This document shows positions 1 through 9,412 of a DNA stretch of 64,000 nt, one piece after another. The stretch's first letter is position 1. Every line of letters begins with the position of its first letter. The position numbers and the translations under genes are program-made. Below the pieces are notes generated by a model that saw nothing but the letters and a program-made list of their open reading frames with translations, did no database searches and had not been told where the DNA came from. The stretch comes from an uncultured Dehalococcoidia bacterium (lineage in GTDB: Bacteria; Chloroflexota; Dehalococcoidia; SM23-28-2): positions 32,392 to 96,391 of the forward strand of contig CAZEJO010000002.1 in the NCBI GenBank assembly GCA_964512285.1, written 5' to 3'.

Positions 1-726
1 ACGCATAGGTAGTGGCGGTCTCGGCGGTGTGGGACACCTGCGCTGTGACCTCGCCGGTGTAGGCATCCGCGAAGGCCTCGCTCAACCCCTGGCCGTAAGC
101 GTTGTTGACGTACATCGTGCAGACACTGGCAAAGCCCAGTTCCTCCACCAAGTCGGCCAGAACTACGCCCTGGGCTGCGTCGGAGATCGGCGTGCGGAAC
201 AGGTAGTCGTCGTCTTCAACGTCGGTCAGAGCCGGCGAGGTCGAACAGTTGGATATCTGGAGGATCTTGTTAGGTATGGTGACTGATTCGGCTACCGGCA
301 AGGTCACGCCGCTGGCCGCCGCACCCACGATGGCCTGCACGCCTGCGATGTCCACCAGCCGCCGCGCTTCGGCCACGCCCTGCTCCGGTGCCGTTCCCGT
401 GTCTCCGACGACTAACTCAATCGGCTGGTTCAGCACACCCCCGGCCTCATTGATGTGCTCGAGCGCGAGGTTAGACGTATTGATGTAGTCTGGCCCAAAG
501 GGGGCAAGCGGTCCCGTAAGCGGCCCCAACAGGCCAATCTTCAGGGGACCTCCCACCGTCGGAGTCACCGCCGGAGTTTCACCCGGAGTCACCTCTGGGC
601 TGGCCGCCGGCGTCGCAGTCCCTTCCTCCTCCTCGTCCTCGCAGGCGGGAAGAAGAACCAGAGACGCAGCAGCAAGCAGTATCGCTAGCCCGAGCAGCCA
701 GAATCGCGCTACTCGAAACGTCCGCA
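1..726 (-). CDS. ABC transporter substrate-binding lipoprotein, LivJ/LivK (branched-chain amino acid) family. N-terminal part only; the 3' end lies beyond the window start.
   Basis: Manual translation of the minus strand from ATG at 727..725 (RBS AAGGAGG upstream) is open through to position 1. Translation: MRTFRVARFWLLGLAILLAAASLVLLPACEDEEEEGTATP...LKIGLLGPLTGPLAPFGPDYINTSNLALEHINEAGGVLNQPIELVVGDTGTAPEQGVAEARRLVDIAGVQAIVGAAASGVT. It has a signal peptide, an LLPAC lipobox and typical LivJ motifs. It is absent from the ORF track because it has no stop inside the window. Confidence 0.7.
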
Positions 727-911
727 TATATGCCTCCTTATGATCGCGGGCCCCCGCTGACCCGCCGCTAACTCACTAACCCATGCACACGGGCACAGGC
801 GAAACATCCACTTCTATCCCGCGGATTCTACATCCTAATATCCTATCCGTCAAGCGTTTTTGCCCCGCGTTGACGAACCCTTGAGAACAATGCAACACTT
901 AATAGAGAAGG

Positions 912-1649
912 ATGCCCGCAGCAGCCCTAGCAGCCATCTTCGCCACCTCATTTGGTGTGGGTTTCACTGGCGCCTTGATGCCGGGACCGCTCACCACTGT
1001 GGCCGTCCGCGAGAGCATGCAGCGCGGCTTCTGGGCCGGACCGCTGCTGGCCGCCGGCCACAGCCTGATCGAGTTGGCGCTAGTAATCGGGCTGGCTCTG
1101 GGCCTCAGCCGCTTCCTGACTGAGGATCCAGTTAAGGCCGGCGTTGGCATTGCCGGGGGGCTATTCCTCCTCTGGATAGGATTACACATCCTGACCAGAC
1201 CACCCGAACAGCCAGTTCCCCTCAGCCATCCGCCCTCGCCGGGCAATCCCGGCTCCGTCGCCTACAGCAACTCCTGGCGGCAGCGCTGGCTGCTTCCCCT
1301 GACTGGCAGAGCAACCGCCAGCGAATCCCTGCCGAGAACGGCGGCGGTGCTGATGTCTGCCGCCATCCTGGTGAGCGTCTTCAACCCGGCCTGGGTGGCC
1401 TGGTGGGCCAGTGTGGGCTCTGCTTTCATCAGCCAATCACTGGAGCAAGGCGCTGCCGGGGTAGCCTCCTTCTACGTCGGCCACATCCTGTCGGACATAC
1501 TCTGGCTCACTCTGCTGGCCTTCGTCCTGGCCAGCGGCAGACGCATGATGAGCGGGCTTGTCTACCGGGGCATTCTCGTTGTCTGCGGCCTCTTTCTCCT
1601 GGGGTTGGGCGCCTACTTCCTGGCCTCGGGCCTGGTGCTCGTTACCTGA
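912..1649 (+). CDS. LysE/RhtB-type translocator family membrane protein (putative amino-acid exporter).
   Basis: N-terminal GALMPGPLTTVAV...GFWAGPLLAAGHSLIE resembles the LysE family TPGP signature. Multiple hydrophobic segments. An atypical ~60-aa Pro/Ser-rich insertion mid-protein. Confidence 0.45.
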   Translation: MPAAALAAIFATSFGVGFTGALMPGPLTTVAVRESMQRGFWAGPLLAAGHSLIELALVIGLALGLSRFLTEDPVKAGVGIAGGLFLLWIGLHILTRPPEQPVPLSHPPSPGNPGSVAYSNSWRQRWLLPLTGRATASESLPRTAAVLMSAAILVSVFNPAWVAWWASVGSAFISQSLEQGAAGVASFYVGHILSDILWLTLLAFVLASGRRMMSGLVYRGILVVCGLFLLGLGAYFLASGLVLVT

Positions 1650-1708
1650 CCATCGCATCGGCGAGATATGGCGCAATTGCTGCCAACCTGCTAGAGTAAG
1701 CTGTTACT

Positions 1709-2890
1709 ATGCTCAGCCTTGGCCCTGACGTTTACGTTCTCGTCTTCGTGCTGGCCGCGGCAGGAGCCTGGAGCCTGACAGCCCTTCTTCCCCTCCACCG
1801 CCTGGCGCGGCCGGCTGAAGCCCGCCTGGGCAGGCGACGGGTGGGAGGCCTGGCAGTTTTCGCTGCCTTCCTCCTAGCGCCCCTCCTGGTCTGTCTGGTC
1901 TCGTCTGACCTCTCCGACCTCCTGGCCTCCCATAAGCGCGAGACAGCCGGTCTGCTGGGTGCCGCCTTGATGATCCTCCTCCTGGGCCTCCTAGACGACT
2001 TCCGGGAGGTGAATTTCAAGATCAAGTTCCTTGTGCAGATAGCAGCCGCTTCCTTGGTGTTCGTCATCGGCTACCGCATCGAGGACGTGTCCCTGCCCTG
2101 GGGCGCCACCTTTTCCCTGGGATGGTCGGCTCCCCTGCTGACCATCCTCTGGCTGGTGTTCCTCACCAACGCCATGAACCTCATCGATGGCAAGGACGGG
2201 ATAGCAGCGGGTGTAGCGATCATCGTGGCCCTCCCCCTCGCTTTCATCGCCGCCGATGTGAACAACCCCCTGGTGGCCGCTCAGTTGGTGGCGGTAGCGG
2301 GAGCCTGCGCTGGCTTCCTCCCCCTCAACCTACCGCGGGCCTCGCGCCTGCTGGGCGACTCAGGAGCGTTGCTGCTGGGCTTCCTGCTGGCGGCCCTGGC
2401 CATCGAGGGCTCCATCGGTGTCACCGGCAGCATGTTCATCAGCGTGCCCATTGTCGCCCTGGGCTTCCCCATCCTCGACACACTGCTCGCTTTTGTCAGG
2501 CGGCTGGCAGACCTGCGGCACCCCTTCGTTGCTGATCTCGATCACATCCAGCATCGGCTGGAGCAGAGAGGCCAGAGCGACAGGGCGGTCGTCCTCTCCC
2601 TCTATGCCCTCTGCATCCTCTTCTCGGGAGCAGCGCTCACGATCCACTATCTCGAGGCAACCGTAGCCGAGTTCCTGGCCTTCTTTGCATTCGGCGCTGC
2701 TATTACTGCTGTCCTCTTCCGGCTGGACTACGCCAGCACTCTGTGGAACAGCGCCTCGCTGGCGTTCCTACGAGGCGCCCTCGCCTCCGCCGTCGGTCTC
2801 CGACGCCAGCCTCCACCGCCCGAGTCGGACGAGCCGAAGATGCCCTACGAGGATCGCCCCCTGCCCGCCAGCAAGCGTCGCCCGTTCTGA
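1709..2890 (+). CDS. Polyprenyl-phosphate N-acetylhexosamine-1-phosphate transferase (WecA/MraY/TagO family), initiating glycosyltransferase.
   Basis: Polytopic membrane protein with the conserved NAMNLIDGKDGIAAG motif of the MraY/WecA family. Sits in a glycan biosynthesis locus. Confidence 0.8.
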   Translation: MLSLGPDVYVLVFVLAAAGAWSLTALLPLHRLARPAEARLGRRRVGGLAVFAAFLLAPLLVCLVSSDLSDLLASHKRETAGLLGAALMILLLGLLDDFREVNFKIKFLVQIAAASLVFVIGYRIEDVSLPWGATFSLGWSAPLLTILWLVFLTNAMNLIDGKDGIAAGVAIIVALPLAFIAADVNNPLVAAQLVAVAGACAGFLPLNLPRASRLLGDSGALLLGFLLAALAIEGSIGVTGSMFISVPIVALGFPILDTLLAFVRRLADLRHPFVADLDHIQHRLEQRGQSDRAVVLSLYALCILFSGAALTIHYLEATVAEFLAFFAFGAAITAVLFRLDYASTLWNSASLAFLRGALASAVGLRRQPPPPESDEPKMPYEDRPLPASKRRPF

Positions 2891-3726
2891 AGCACCAGTT
2901 GATAGCCACAGCGGACGCCAATGCCCGCCAGGGTCAGCCCATCCAGCAGAGGATTGCTGCGCATGTGCTTGCGGTAATAGCGCCACATGCTGCGGTGCCA
3001 CTGGAGGATGCTCCTGTTAGGCAGAGTATCGCTGCTCCTGCCGATGTGGTGGGTTACCGCTGCCTGGGGGAAGTAGACCACCCGATAGCCGCCCTGATGA
3101 GCCCGATAGCAGATGTCTACGTCCTCGATGTACATGAAGAAGCCCTCGTCCAGAAGGCCGATGTCCGCCAGCATCTGGCGGCGGAGGAGCGTGCAGGCCC
3201 CCGACAGCCAGTCCATCTCCGCGATGCTGTCGTGGTTCCAATCGGACATCAGGTAGCGGCTGGAGAAGCGATTGCGGGGGAAGAGACGGGTGAGGATGGA
3301 CTGGCGATTGAACAAGCCGGTCAGATGGCTGGGGAAGCGCCGACAGGAGAGCTGCAACGAGCCGTCGCTGTTGAGCAGCTTGGGGCCGAGGATGCCCACC
3401 TGCGGCTGCTCGCGGCAGTAGGCGACCATCGGCGCGAAAGCGTTGTCGGCGATCTCCGTGTCAGGGTTCAGGAGCAGGATGAACTCGCCCTTGGCCTGGG
3501 CGATGCCCAGATTGCAGGCGGCGGCGAAGCCCACGTTGGCGGGGCAGCGGATGAGGCTCGCCTGGGAGAACTCCTTCTCCACCATCTGGACGCTGTCGTC
3601 CCAGGAGGCGTTGTCCACCACGATCACCTCATAGGCGATGCCGTCCGTGTGCTCGTACAACGAGCCCAGGCAGCGTCGCAGGTAATCTCTGGCGTTGAAG
3701 CTGACGATGACGACCGATAGGTCCAC
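2845..3726 (-). CDS. Glycosyltransferase family 2 (WbbL-like, candidate dTDP-rhamnosyltransferase acting on the GlcNAc-PP-lipid primer).
   Basis: N-terminus LSVVIVSFNARDYLRRCLGSL...VIVVDNASWDDS...NPDTEI gives the GT2 DxD architecture. Adjacent to wecA-like and rml genes. 3' end overlaps the convergent wecA-like gene by 46 bp. Confidence 0.7.
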   Translation of the reverse strand: MDLSVVIVSFNARDYLRRCLGSLYEHTDGIAYEVIVVDNASWDDSVQMVEKEFSQASLIRCPANVGFAAACNLGIAQAKGEFILLLNPDTEIADNAFAPMVAYCREQPQVGILGPKLLNSDGSLQLSCRRFPSHLTGLFNRQSILTRLFPRNRFSSRYLMSDWNHDSIAEMDWLSGACTLLRRQMLADIGLLDEGFFMYIEDVDICYRAHQGGYRVVYFPQAAVTHHIGRSSDTLPNRSILQWHRSMWRYYRKHMRSNPLLDGLTLAGIGVRCGYQLVLQNGRRLLAGRGRSS

Positions 3727-3729
3727 CGG

Positions 3730-4863
3730 CTAGCCCCTCGTTGAGCTCAGAGCCGCCTCATAGGCGGTTACCGTCCCGCGCGCCGTCCGCTGCCAGGAGA
3801 ACCGGCTGGCCCGCTCCAGGCCCTGTTTGCGCAGACGAGAGCGCAGGCGTTTGTCCCGCAGCGCCTTGGCCGATGTCTCGGCCAGGGCGCTCACATCACA
3901 AGCGTCCACCAGCAGAGCGGCGCCGTCCAGCACCTCGACCAGCGCCGGCGCCCTGGAGGCCACCACCGGCAGGCCGCAGGCCATCGCCTCCAGGGGCGGC
4001 AGACCGAAACCTTCGTACAGCGACGGGAAGACGAACAGGTCGGCCATGTTGTAGACCGCCGCCAGATCGTCCTCGGGCAGGTGGCCGACGAAGCGCACCT
4101 CATCCCTCAGGCCCAGGCCATCCACCAGCCGAAACAGCTTCTCGTACATCCAGCCCTTCTGCCCCGCGATGACCAGCCCCTGCTCCACGCCCTGCTGCTT
4201 GAGCCTGTGGAAAGCACGCACCAGCGTCGCCTGATTCTTGCCCGGCTCCAGCGTGCCTACGTTGAGGATGAAACTGGGCGGCAGCCCATATCTTTCACGA
4301 ACCGCCTCCATCCTAGCCGAATCCTCCAGCGGGTGAAAGCCAGGCGCCGGCGCCAGGGGCACCGCCCGTACACTTTCGGCTGGCAGCCCCAGATGACGCA
4401 CGACATCGCCCTTCACCGTCTCGGAGACAGCGATGGCGAGATCGGCCAGGCGGGCGCCAGCGCGGCTCGCTCCCTGAAAGTAAAGCCGACGCAGGACGGG
4501 ATAGCGACGGGGCAGGAGGAAAAACGTAACGTCGTGGAAGGTGATCACCCGCCGCCAGCCAGCGGACGCCAGCGGCGTCGTGTAGTGAGGCGAATGGAGG
4601 ACGTCCACGCCCAGGCGGCTAAGCTGCAGGGGCAGCATCGCCTGCTCCCAGAGCATCCTGGCCAGCCGCGAGGATAAGCGCACGGGCACCAAGCGGAAGC
4701 CATCCCTCTGCAGGCTGCGGCCATCGAACGTCTCGCGCTTGGCGAAGACAAAGTAGGTGTTCTCTCTGTCCACCTGGGCCAGGGCCTGCACCAGGTTGTA
4801 GATGTAGGTGCCCGCACCCGCTCTCTGGCGGGGAACCGAGGTGGCGTCGATAGCGATACGCAC
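3730..4863 (-). CDS. Glycosyltransferase family 4 (GT-B, retaining).
   Basis: C-terminal EX7E-type motif FVFPSLYEGFGLPPLEAMACGLPVVAS. Confidence 0.8.
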   Translation of the reverse strand: MRIAIDATSVPRQRAGAGTYIYNLVQALAQVDRENTYFVFAKRETFDGRSLQRDGFRLVPVRLSSRLARMLWEQAMLPLQLSRLGVDVLHSPHYTTPLASAGWRRVITFHDVTFFLLPRRYPVLRRLYFQGASRAGARLADLAIAVSETVKGDVVRHLGLPAESVRAVPLAPAPGFHPLEDSARMEAVRERYGLPPSFILNVGTLEPGKNQATLVRAFHRLKQQGVEQGLVIAGQKGWMYEKLFRLVDGLGLRDEVRFVGHLPEDDLAAVYNMADLFVFPSLYEGFGLPPLEAMACGLPVVASRAPALVEVLDGAALLVDACDVSALAETSAKALRDKRLRSRLRKQGLERASRFSWQRTARGTVTAYEAALSSTRG

Positions 4864-4876
4864 GCTCCAATTCCCC

Positions 4877-5803
4877 CTAACGAAAATGGGCCAGCTCGCG
4901 CGTGCGCCCCAGGCGGCCGCGGAAGAAGTCGGCGATGCCCATAAGCATGGCCCTCAGTTGCCGCCCCTGACCCCTGGCGAGATACGACACGAAGTAGCCA
5001 ACACGAGTCGCCAGGAAGTAGGCCAGGAATAGCGCAAAGCGCGGGCGAGAGGAATGCTTCCTCATGAGGTAGAGTCGATTGCGGCTGGCATAGTAGAGCT
5101 TGAAGGGCGATTCCACACCGCCGCTGGAGGCTGCCTTACGGTGGTGGATGACCGCCGCCGGATTGAGGCGAAGGCGATAGCCTGCTGCCTTGGCCCGCGC
5201 TACGAAGTCGAAATCCTCGTAGTACATGAAGAAGCGCTCGTCCATGAGGCCCGCGTCGCGGAAGACAGCCGCGGGCACCAGCAGGCAGCAGAGGCTAGCC
5301 ATGCTCACCTCTCGCGGCCGCTCGAACCCAGGCGGCTCCGGCTTGCCGTAGAGCCAACCCCGCCAGACGCCTCGCCGCCAGTCGAAGTCGCCCACCGTAT
5401 CGTCGAGCAAGCCCGGCTGGCCGTGGAGATAGGTCTTGGGAGCAACCATCGTCCGCTCGCCGGCGCTCTCCACCAGGCGATCCAGGAAGTCCTGGCTCAC
5501 CACCGTATCGTTGTTCAGAAAGAGAACGTAGTCGAAGCGCTGCTCCAGGCAGTGGAGGATGCCCACGTTGTGGCCACCGCTCACCCCCAGGTTCTCTCCG
5601 TTGCGTATCAGCGCCGCCTGCGGGCACAGCCGCGATATCTGCTCGGGCGAGCCGTCGTCAGAGGCGTTGTCCACCACCACTAGCCTGTAGTTAGGATAAG
5701 CGACCGCCCGCAACGAGGCCAGGAAGTCCTCGATGTAGGGCGCGCTATTGTAGTTGATGGTCAGGATGGCTACAGAGGGAAGACCCCTGTCCTGAGCAGC
5801 CAC
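4877..5803 (-). CDS. Glycosyltransferase family 2. The track ORF extends to 5983, but that extension overlaps rmlD by 170 bp. GTG at 5803 proposed as start.
   Basis: VAILTINYNSAPYIEDFLASL...YRLVVVDNASDDGS GT2 motifs. The upstream 60 aa are low-complexity and overlap the rmlD 3' end. Confidence 0.65.
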   Translation of the reverse strand: MAAQDRGLPSVAILTINYNSAPYIEDFLASLRAVAYPNYRLVVVDNASDDGSPEQISRLCPQAALIRNGENLGVSGGHNVGILHCLEQRFDYVLFLNNDTVVSQDFLDRLVESAGERTMVAPKTYLHGQPGLLDDTVGDFDWRRGVWRGWLYGKPEPPGFERPREVSMASLCCLLVPAAVFRDAGLMDERFFMYYEDFDFVARAKAAGYRLRLNPAAVIHHRKAASSGGVESPFKLYYASRNRLYLMRKHSSRPRFALFLAYFLATRVGYFVSYLARGQGRQLRAMLMGIADFFRGRLGRTRELAHFR

Positions 5804-5813
5804 GGGCAGCCCC

Positions 5814-6665
5814 CTAGCGACCCGCCCTGGCCGGGGTGGTGAGGAAGTACTCCTGAAGAGCCTCCTGCCAGGGCCGCAGGACGATGCCCAGGGCAGCCGC
5901 CGCCCGATTGGCCAGCTCCGAATAGGGCGGCTTGCGATAGGGCAGGCCGCCCTCGGCCTGGACGACCGGTCGCAGCGCGACATCGCGGCGGCCCGCCAGC
6001 TCCAGAACCCGCTCGGCCCACTGGTAGCGAGAGCAACTGCCGTTATTGGTCAGGTGATAGATGGCGTAGGTCGGCCGACCGATGAGCTCAGCGATGGCTT
6101 GAGCCAGGTCGCGGGCCCAGGTGGGCGAGGCGACTTCGTCGGTCACGAGGCGCAGCTCGCCTTCGTTGGCGACAGCGCGCAGAACCTTGGCTGAGAAGTT
6201 GTTGCCCCCGGCGGCGTACAGCCAGGCGGTACGCACGATGTAGAAGCGATCGAGGATGGATTGGACGTGTCGCTCTCCGGCGAGCTTCGACCGACCGTAG
6301 GCGTTGATCGGCTTGGGCTCGTCCGATTCCAGATAGGGCTCGCCCTTCTGGCCGTCGAAGACCTCGTTGGTGCTCACGTACAGCATGGCGACATCGCTCT
6401 CGCGACACGCCAGGGCCACCTGCCGGCTGCCCTCGCCGTTGACCCGCATGGCCAGCTCAGGGTCCGCCTCGCAGCCTGCGGTATCGGTGTAGGCGGCGGC
6501 GTGGACGACCACCTGCGGCCGAAACTGGCCGATGGCCCTACCGACCGCCGCCGCATCGGTGATGTCCAGTTCCGGCAGATCCTGGGCCAGCACCGTCTCC
6601 GCAGATAGCGCCTGCTGGAGCTCGCGGCCTAGCTGGCCACGGCCGCCGGTGATGAGGATGCGCAC
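5814..6665 (-). CDS. rmlD: dTDP-4-dehydrorhamnose reductase.
   Basis: MRILITGGRGQLGRELQQAL Rossmann N-terminus and RmlD-like length (283 aa), within an rml cluster. Confidence 0.85.
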   Translation of the reverse strand: MRILITGGRGQLGRELQQALSAETVLAQDLPELDITDAAAVGRAIGQFRPQVVVHAAAYTDTAGCEADPELAMRVNGEGSRQVALACRESDVAMLYVSTNEVFDGQKGEPYLESDEPKPINAYGRSKLAGERHVQSILDRFYIVRTAWLYAAGGNNFSAKVLRAVANEGELRLVTDEVASPTWARDLAQAIAELIGRPTYAIYHLTNNGSCSRYQWAERVLELAGRRDVALRPVVQAEGGLPYRKPPYSELANRAAAALGIVLRPWQEALQEYFLTTPARAGR

Positions 6666-6677
6666 GCCACCACCCCC

Positions 6678-7133
6678 TCAGCCCATCTTGATGGCCCAAT
6701 CGTACGGTATCTGGTCGGTATCCCAGGGGAGACGGTATTCATCCGGCTGCTGTGGGTCGTAAGGCTCAGTGGGGAAGTTGATGAGGAGGGAGGGCTCGAC
6801 GCCCACCGTCTTGTAGCCGTGCATGACCCCCATCGGTATCTTCACCAGAATGTTGTTCTGCTCTCCCAGGAAGAACTCATCCACCTGGCCCTGGGTGGAC
6901 GAACCCTCGCGGGCGTCGTATAGGGCCACCTTAGCCATGCCCTTCACCACCGCGATGTGGTCGTCCTGCTTCTTGTGATAGTGCCAGCCCCGCACCACGC
7001 CTGGATAGTTCAAAGACACGTAGGCCTGACCGAACTTGCCGAAGATATCATCGTCGCAGCGCAGAAGCTCCATCAATGCGCCCCGCTCATCCGCGTGCTT
7101 GGTGAGTTGCTTGATCTCCACGCCCTCGATCAC
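6678..7133 (-). CDS. rmlC: dTDP-4-dehydrorhamnose 3,5-epimerase-related cupin (RmlC-like).
   Basis: Cupin with GWHYHKKQDDH...VKIPMGVMHGY, positioned between rmlD and rmlB. Proposed GTG start at 7133 gives a GTGA overlap with the rmlB stop (translational coupling). The track ORF starts at 7172. Confidence 0.6.
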   Translation of the reverse strand: MIEGVEIKQLTKHADERGALMELLRCDDDIFGKFGQAYVSLNYPGVVRGWHYHKKQDDHIAVVKGMAKVALYDAREGSSTQGQVDEFFLGEQNNILVKIPMGVMHGYKTVGVEPSLLINFPTEPYDPQQPDEYRLPWDTDQIPYDWAIKMG

Positions 7134-8167
7134 AGTTCTCCCTCCTGACGAGCAGCTGCCTCCAGCCGCCAACCGTACTGGCGCTGGTAGTAGTCCTGAT
7201 AGTCACCCGAACGTGCCTTCTGCCACCACGACTCGTTGTCCCCGTACCAGGCGACTGTCCTGGCCAGGGCCTCATCGAAGCCGTAGCGAGGAGCCCAGCC
7301 CAGGGCCCTTATCTTCGACCAGTCCAAACTGTAGCGCTTGTCGTGCCCCGGGCGATCCTCCACGTGGCGGATCAGACTGCGCGGCTTGCCCACCAGATCG
7401 AGGATGGCCTCGGCCACATGGATGTTGTGCCGATAGTTGTCGGCAGCGACATTGTACACCTCCCCCGCCGTCCCTTTGTGCAGAAGCAGGTCGAGGGCCT
7501 CACAGTGATCCTCCACAAAGAGCCAATCGCGCACCTGACAGCCGTCGCCATACAGGGGCAGAGGCTCATCGCGCAGGGCATTGGTGACAAATAAGGGGAT
7601 CATCTTCTCCGGGTACTGACAAGGCCCCAATGTGTTAGCGCCGCGGCTGACAACGACCGGCAGGCCGTAGGAGGCGAAGAAGGCCAGGCAGAGCATATCA
7701 GCGGCCGCCTTGCTGGCGGCGTAGGGGTTGCGGGGCTGAAGAGGATCCGTTTCGCCAAACGAGTATCCTTCGGGCGCCTCGCCGTAGACCTCATCCGTGG
7801 AGACGTAGACGAAACGCTCGATGCCATGCTCGCGCGCAGCACAGAGAAGCACGTAGGTTCCATGAACATCGGTCCTGATGAAAGCATCCGCTCCCAGGAG
7901 CGAGCGGTCAACATGGGTCTCGGCGGCCAGGCTGACGATGGCGTCGGCCTCGCTCACCAACTCGTCCACAAGCTGGCGGTCGCAGATGTCGCCCTTGACG
8001 AAGCGATAGCGGGGGTCGCCCTCTACGTCGCGCAGGTTGTCGCGGTTGCCGGCGTAGGTAAGCTTGTCGACGTTGATGACCTCATACTCAGGGTACTCTC
8101 GCAGCAAGCGGCGCACGAAGTGACTGCCGATGAACCCTGCCCCACCAGTGACTAGAATCCTGCGCAT
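7130..8167 (-). CDS. rmlB: dTDP-glucose 4,6-dehydratase.
   Basis: MRRILVTGGAGFIGSHFVRRLL...YxxxK SDR-extended family; 345 aa. Confidence 0.9.
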   Translation of the reverse strand: MRRILVTGGAGFIGSHFVRRLLREYPEYEVINVDKLTYAGNRDNLRDVEGDPRYRFVKGDICDRQLVDELVSEADAIVSLAAETHVDRSLLGADAFIRTDVHGTYVLLCAAREHGIERFVYVSTDEVYGEAPEGYSFGETDPLQPRNPYAASKAAADMLCLAFFASYGLPVVVSRGANTLGPCQYPEKMIPLFVTNALRDEPLPLYGDGCQVRDWLFVEDHCEALDLLLHKGTAGEVYNVAADNYRHNIHVAEAILDLVGKPRSLIRHVEDRPGHDKRYSLDWSKIRALGWAPRYGFDEALARTVAWYGDNESWWQKARSGDYQDYYQRQYGWRLEAAARQEGEL

Positions 8168-8176
8168 GAGAAGCCT

Positions 8177-9259
8177 CTAGACCGCCGTAATCTGGCTGTG
8201 ATCGCCCAGGGTGAGGACGCAACGGCGGCCCTCCATCCCACCCTCCCCTCTCAGCTCCACATAGCGGCCGATGAGGCTGTCCTCGATGCGGTAGCCCACA
8301 CGCTCGATCAGCGTGTGCTCCATGACCACGCTGTTGGCGATGCGGCTGCCCTCCACCTGGCAGTGATGATAGATGGACGTGCGGGGCCCTATTTGCGAAT
8401 CGACGATCCGGCTCTCCTCGCCAATGGTCAGTGGGCCCTCCAGGACGCTGTTGATCACCTGGACACCGCGCTCGACGATAACCTTACCCCGCACCCGCGA
8501 GGCGCTGTCGATGCTGCCCTCACTCCGCGCTGGCAAAGCATCGAGAACGGTCGCGTTGGCCTCTAAAATATCGCCCATCTTGCCGGTGTCCATCCAGTAT
8601 CGGTCCAGCTCCTGGGCCTGGACAGACAGCCCTTTGTCGATCAGGTACTGGATGGTGTCTGTGATCTCCAGCTCGCCCCGCGCCGAAGGCCGCAGCTGCT
8701 GCACCGCCTCGAACACATGCTGGTCGAAGATGTAGACGCCGATGACCGCCAGGTCACTGGTCGGCTGGCTTGGCTTCTCCACCACCCGTGCCACCCGGCC
8801 ATCCACCAGCTCGGCCACGCCGAAGCTCTGAGGCGTGTCCACCCGTCTCAGAAGAAGCTGGCAGTTACTGGAATCGCTGCGAAAGCGCTCCACGAAGGGG
8901 GCCACACCGCCCAGCACCAGGTTGTCGCCCAGGTAGAGGACGAAGGGCTGGCCAACTAAGAAATCGGCGGCGATCTTCACAGCGTGGGCGATGCCCAGGG
9001 GGGCATCCTGCTGGATGTAGGTCACCCTGGCACCGAAGCGATTGCCGTCGCCCACCGCTTCCTCCACCTGCGCCCGCGTATCGCCCACTACGATGCCGAT
9101 GTCGGTGATGCCGCAGCCCACCAGGTCCTCGATGGCGTAGAAGAGGACGGGCTTGTTAGCGATAGGCACTAGCTGCTTGGCGCCGGAATAAGTGAAGGGG
9201 CGCAAACGTTCGCCTTTGCCGCCGCTGAGGATGAGGCCCTTGAGCTTGTCCTTTGCCAT
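8177..9259 (-). CDS. rmlA: Glucose-1-phosphate thymidylyltransferase, long form (~360 aa, with C-terminal left-handed beta-helix).
   Basis: LILSGGKGERLRPFTYSGAKQLVPIANKPVLFYAIEDL nucleotidyltransferase motif. The long form is typical of archaea and actinobacteria. Confidence 0.85.
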   Translation of the reverse strand: MAKDKLKGLILSGGKGERLRPFTYSGAKQLVPIANKPVLFYAIEDLVGCGITDIGIVVGDTRAQVEEAVGDGNRFGARVTYIQQDAPLGIAHAVKIAADFLVGQPFVLYLGDNLVLGGVAPFVERFRSDSSNCQLLLRRVDTPQSFGVAELVDGRVARVVEKPSQPTSDLAVIGVYIFDQHVFEAVQQLRPSARGELEITDTIQYLIDKGLSVQAQELDRYWMDTGKMGDILEANATVLDALPARSEGSIDSASRVRGKVIVERGVQVINSVLEGPLTIGEESRIVDSQIGPRTSIYHHCQVEGSRIANSVVMEHTLIERVGYRIEDSLIGRYVELRGEGGMEGRRCVLTLGDHSQITAV

Positions 9260-9412
9260 AGACCTCGGCCTGAACTAGGCTACGGGTAATTCTACCTTCC
9301 CCTAGTATCCGAACGCAAGCGAGCCTGGAGGCAGCCGGTCGTTCCTTGATTTGTGACTTCTGGCCTGCTAGTCTACGGTCTGGGATTGTGACGGTTTTGG
9401 GGGGGGAATTCT

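Noticed and set aside
2743-3720. Long antisense ORFs opposite well-supported genes. Examples: 2743..3720+ opposite GT2, 22117..23442- opposite hypF, 18327..19136- opposite the GT-C gene, 26170..26997- opposite hypE, 34320..35372- opposite the hydrogenase large subunit, 40567..41775+ opposite htpX/lemA, 5054..5683+ and 8770..9108+.
   Set aside because: Typical high-GC stop-codon-poor shadow frames. Their translations are low-complexity (Arg/Ala/Pro/Gly-rich) and lack motifs, while the opposite strand carries clear conserved domains.
4877-5983. Full-length track ORF for the GT2 gene, including a 60-aa N-terminal extension.
   Set aside because: The extension overlaps the rmlD 3' end by 170 bp and is low-complexity. 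GTG at 5803 is more plausible.
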